Position numbers and translations under genes: made by a program
Notes under the pieces: generated by a model
Seen by the model: only the letters and a program-made list of their open reading frames with translations
What the model was told of the DNA's origin: nothing
Database searches by the model: none
Assembly (NCBI GenBank): GCA_022796795.1
Contig: JAAWJI010000015.1
Span: 497-64,496 of the forward strand
Direction of reading: 5' to 3'
Length of the DNA stretch: 64,000 nucleotides
Origin: Lachnospiraceae bacterium
Lineage (GTDB): Bacteria; Bacillota; Clostridia; Lachnospirales; Lachnospiraceae
Shown here: positions 62,704-64,000 of the stretch, one piece after another
Layout of the letters: each line of letters starts with the position of its first letter
Position numbering within the stretch: position 1 is the stretch's first letter

Positions 62704-64000
62704 ATGAATCTGGAGAGCTTTGTGGAAAAAAATGCACCAAGAAACAGAATTGCGCTGCTGGTGGTTATTGATGTGATCTTAATTGCGCTGTCCGGATTTC
62801 TGGCTTTGTATATTCGGTATGATTTTCGGTTCAGCAATATGGACATGCAGTATGTGGATTACGAAATCTTCTGTCTTCCGCTGAATCTGGCGGTGACGCT
62901 GCTGATTTTTGCGCTGTTCCGTCTGTACCGGAGCGTGTGGCGTTTCGCCAGTACCACAGAACTGTTAAATGTAATAGGAGCCTGTACGACCAGCATGGTA
63001 ATACAGGTTGTTGTCATGTCCGTCCTTCGAATGCGAATGCCCGTCAGTTATTATCTTATGAAATATGTGCTGCTGATGATGGGGGTGGGCATTCTGCGCT
63101 TTACCTACCGGATCCTGCGCATGCTGCAGGAGCGGCGGATCGGCGAACGAAACGACGCCCGAAAGCGTACCATGATCGTGGGCGGCGGCGAGGCGGGCGC
63201 TATGATTATTAAAGAGCTGCAGAACAGCCGCTATCTGGATCAATGTGTGTGCTGCGTGGTGGACGACAATGTGGCAAAGCAGGGAAAATATATCCGGGGT
63301 ATCAAGATTATGGGAGGACGGGACGATATTCCCCGGCTGGCCCATGAGTATCACATTGACGAAATCATTGTGGCCATGCCCTCGACGCCTCAGTCGGAGA
63401 TCCGGGAAATTTTAAACATTTGTAAAGAGACCAACTGTAACATGAAGGTGCTGCCCGGCCTGTATCAGATGATCAAGGGCGAGGTCAGCATGTCCAAGCT
63501 CCGCAAGGTGGAAATAGAGGATCTGCTGGGCAGAGATCCCATTCGTATCCAGCTGGATCAGATCATGGAATATGTTTCAGACCAGGTGGTGCTGGTAACG
63601 GGAGGCGGAGGATCTATCGGAAGCGAGCTGTGCCGCCAGATTGCGGCCCACAGTCCGAAGCGGTTGATTATTGTGGATATTTATGAGAATAATGCTTATG
63701 ATATTCAACAGGAACTGAAGCGGAAATACCCGGGAATGGATCTGGTGGTGCTCATTGCCTCTGTGCGCAATACCCACCGGATAGAGAGTATCTTTGCTAC
63801 CTACCGGCCTCAGATCGTCTACCATGCAGCAGCCCACAAGCATGTGCCTCTCATGGAGGACAGCCCCAACGAGGCTATCAAAAATAATGTATTTGGCACC
63901 TACAAGACGGCGAAAGCAGCGGACAAGTATGGAACCCGCCGTTTTGTGCTCATCTCCACGGACAAGGCGGTGAATCCCACCAATATTATGGGAGCCTCCA
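62704..64000 (+). CDS. polysaccharide biosynthesis protein CapD/PglF/EpsC type (membrane-anchored NDP-sugar 4,6-dehydratase); 3' end outside the window
   Basis: This ORF is not in the ORF track because no stop lies within the window. I translated it by hand from ATG 62704. It has 4 N-terminal TM helices, ...MIVGGGEAGAMIIKEL..., ...VLVTGGGGSIGSELCRQI..., ...VYHAAAHKHVPLME... and ...ISTDKAVNPTN.... Confidence 0.9.
   Translation, partial: MNLESFVEKNAPRNRIALLVVIDVILIALSGFLALYIRYDFRFSNMDMQYVDYEIFCLPLNLAVTLLIFALFRLYRSVWRFASTTELLNVIGACTTSMVIQVVVMSVLRMRMPVSYYLMKYVLLMMGVGILRFTYRILRMLQERRIGERNDARKRTMIVGGGEAGAMIIKELQNSRYLDQCVCCVVDDNVAKQGKYIRGIKIMGGRDDIPRLAHEYHIDEIIVAMPSTPQSEIREILNICKETNCNMKVLPGLYQMIKGEVSMSKLRKVEIEDLLGRDPIRIQLDQIMEYVSDQVVLVTGGGGSIGSELCRQIAAHSPKRLIIVDIYENNAYDIQQELKRKYPGMDLVVLIASVRNTHRIESIFATYRPQIVYHAAAHKHVPLMEDSPNEAIKNNVFGTYKTAKAADKYGTRRFVLISTDKAVNPTNIMGAS

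Overview
The window is a Firmicutes/Clostridia-type chromosomal segment, roughly mid-50s % GC by eye, almost fully coding and mostly on the + strand.

Layout:
- 0-17 kb: conserved housekeeping and sporulation-linked synteny. It holds glgC (partial)-glgD, spoVG, an HpcH-aldolase/TRAP-transporter/GntR sugar-acid locus, pth-mfd, two tandem PrsA/SurA-like lipoproteins, a multidomain GH25 muramidase and a polysaccharide deacetylase.
- 17.4-33.3 kb: DeoR and GntR regulators followed by a carbohydrate-utilisation island with a non-canonical enzyme set. The set is a mu-crystallin/OCD-family enzyme, an FGGY kinase, an ABC importer without an ATPase, an amidohydrolase_2, an AraA-like isomerase, a TIM-family paralogue, YjbQ, a mutarotase-like protein and an AEC permease. 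A decayed paralogous remnant follows.
- 33.6-37.6 kb: an MBL-fold lipoprotein, a frameshifted and truncated TetR remnant, a stand-alone tRNA-Leu(UAG) with a consensus promoter and terminator, and a BlaI/BlaR1-like pair.
- 37.6-64 kb: a large cell-envelope glycopolymer locus. It contains a TagF-like enzyme, acyltransferase_3, an MBOAT plus DltD-like pair, a DegT aminotransferase, an FdtA isomerase, three GtrB/ArnC-type GT2s, one soluble GT2, four large polytopic GT-C-like membrane proteins, an FAD oxidoreductase, a TIM-barrel epimerase-like protein, an SGNH hydrolase, TagA and CapD. A low-GC Fic gene is embedded in it.

I saw no CRISPR array, transposase, integrase, phage gene or recognisable defence system.

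The best candidate for undescribed biology is an Arn-like, lipid-carrier-dependent amino-sugar decoration module at 42.9-49.9 kb, plus the neighbouring oxidoreductase/epimerase/GT2 module at 52.0-57.1 kb. Both are hypotheses from domain recognition by eye. No database search was run.

Coordinates of small hairpins and promoters may be off by 1-2 nt.
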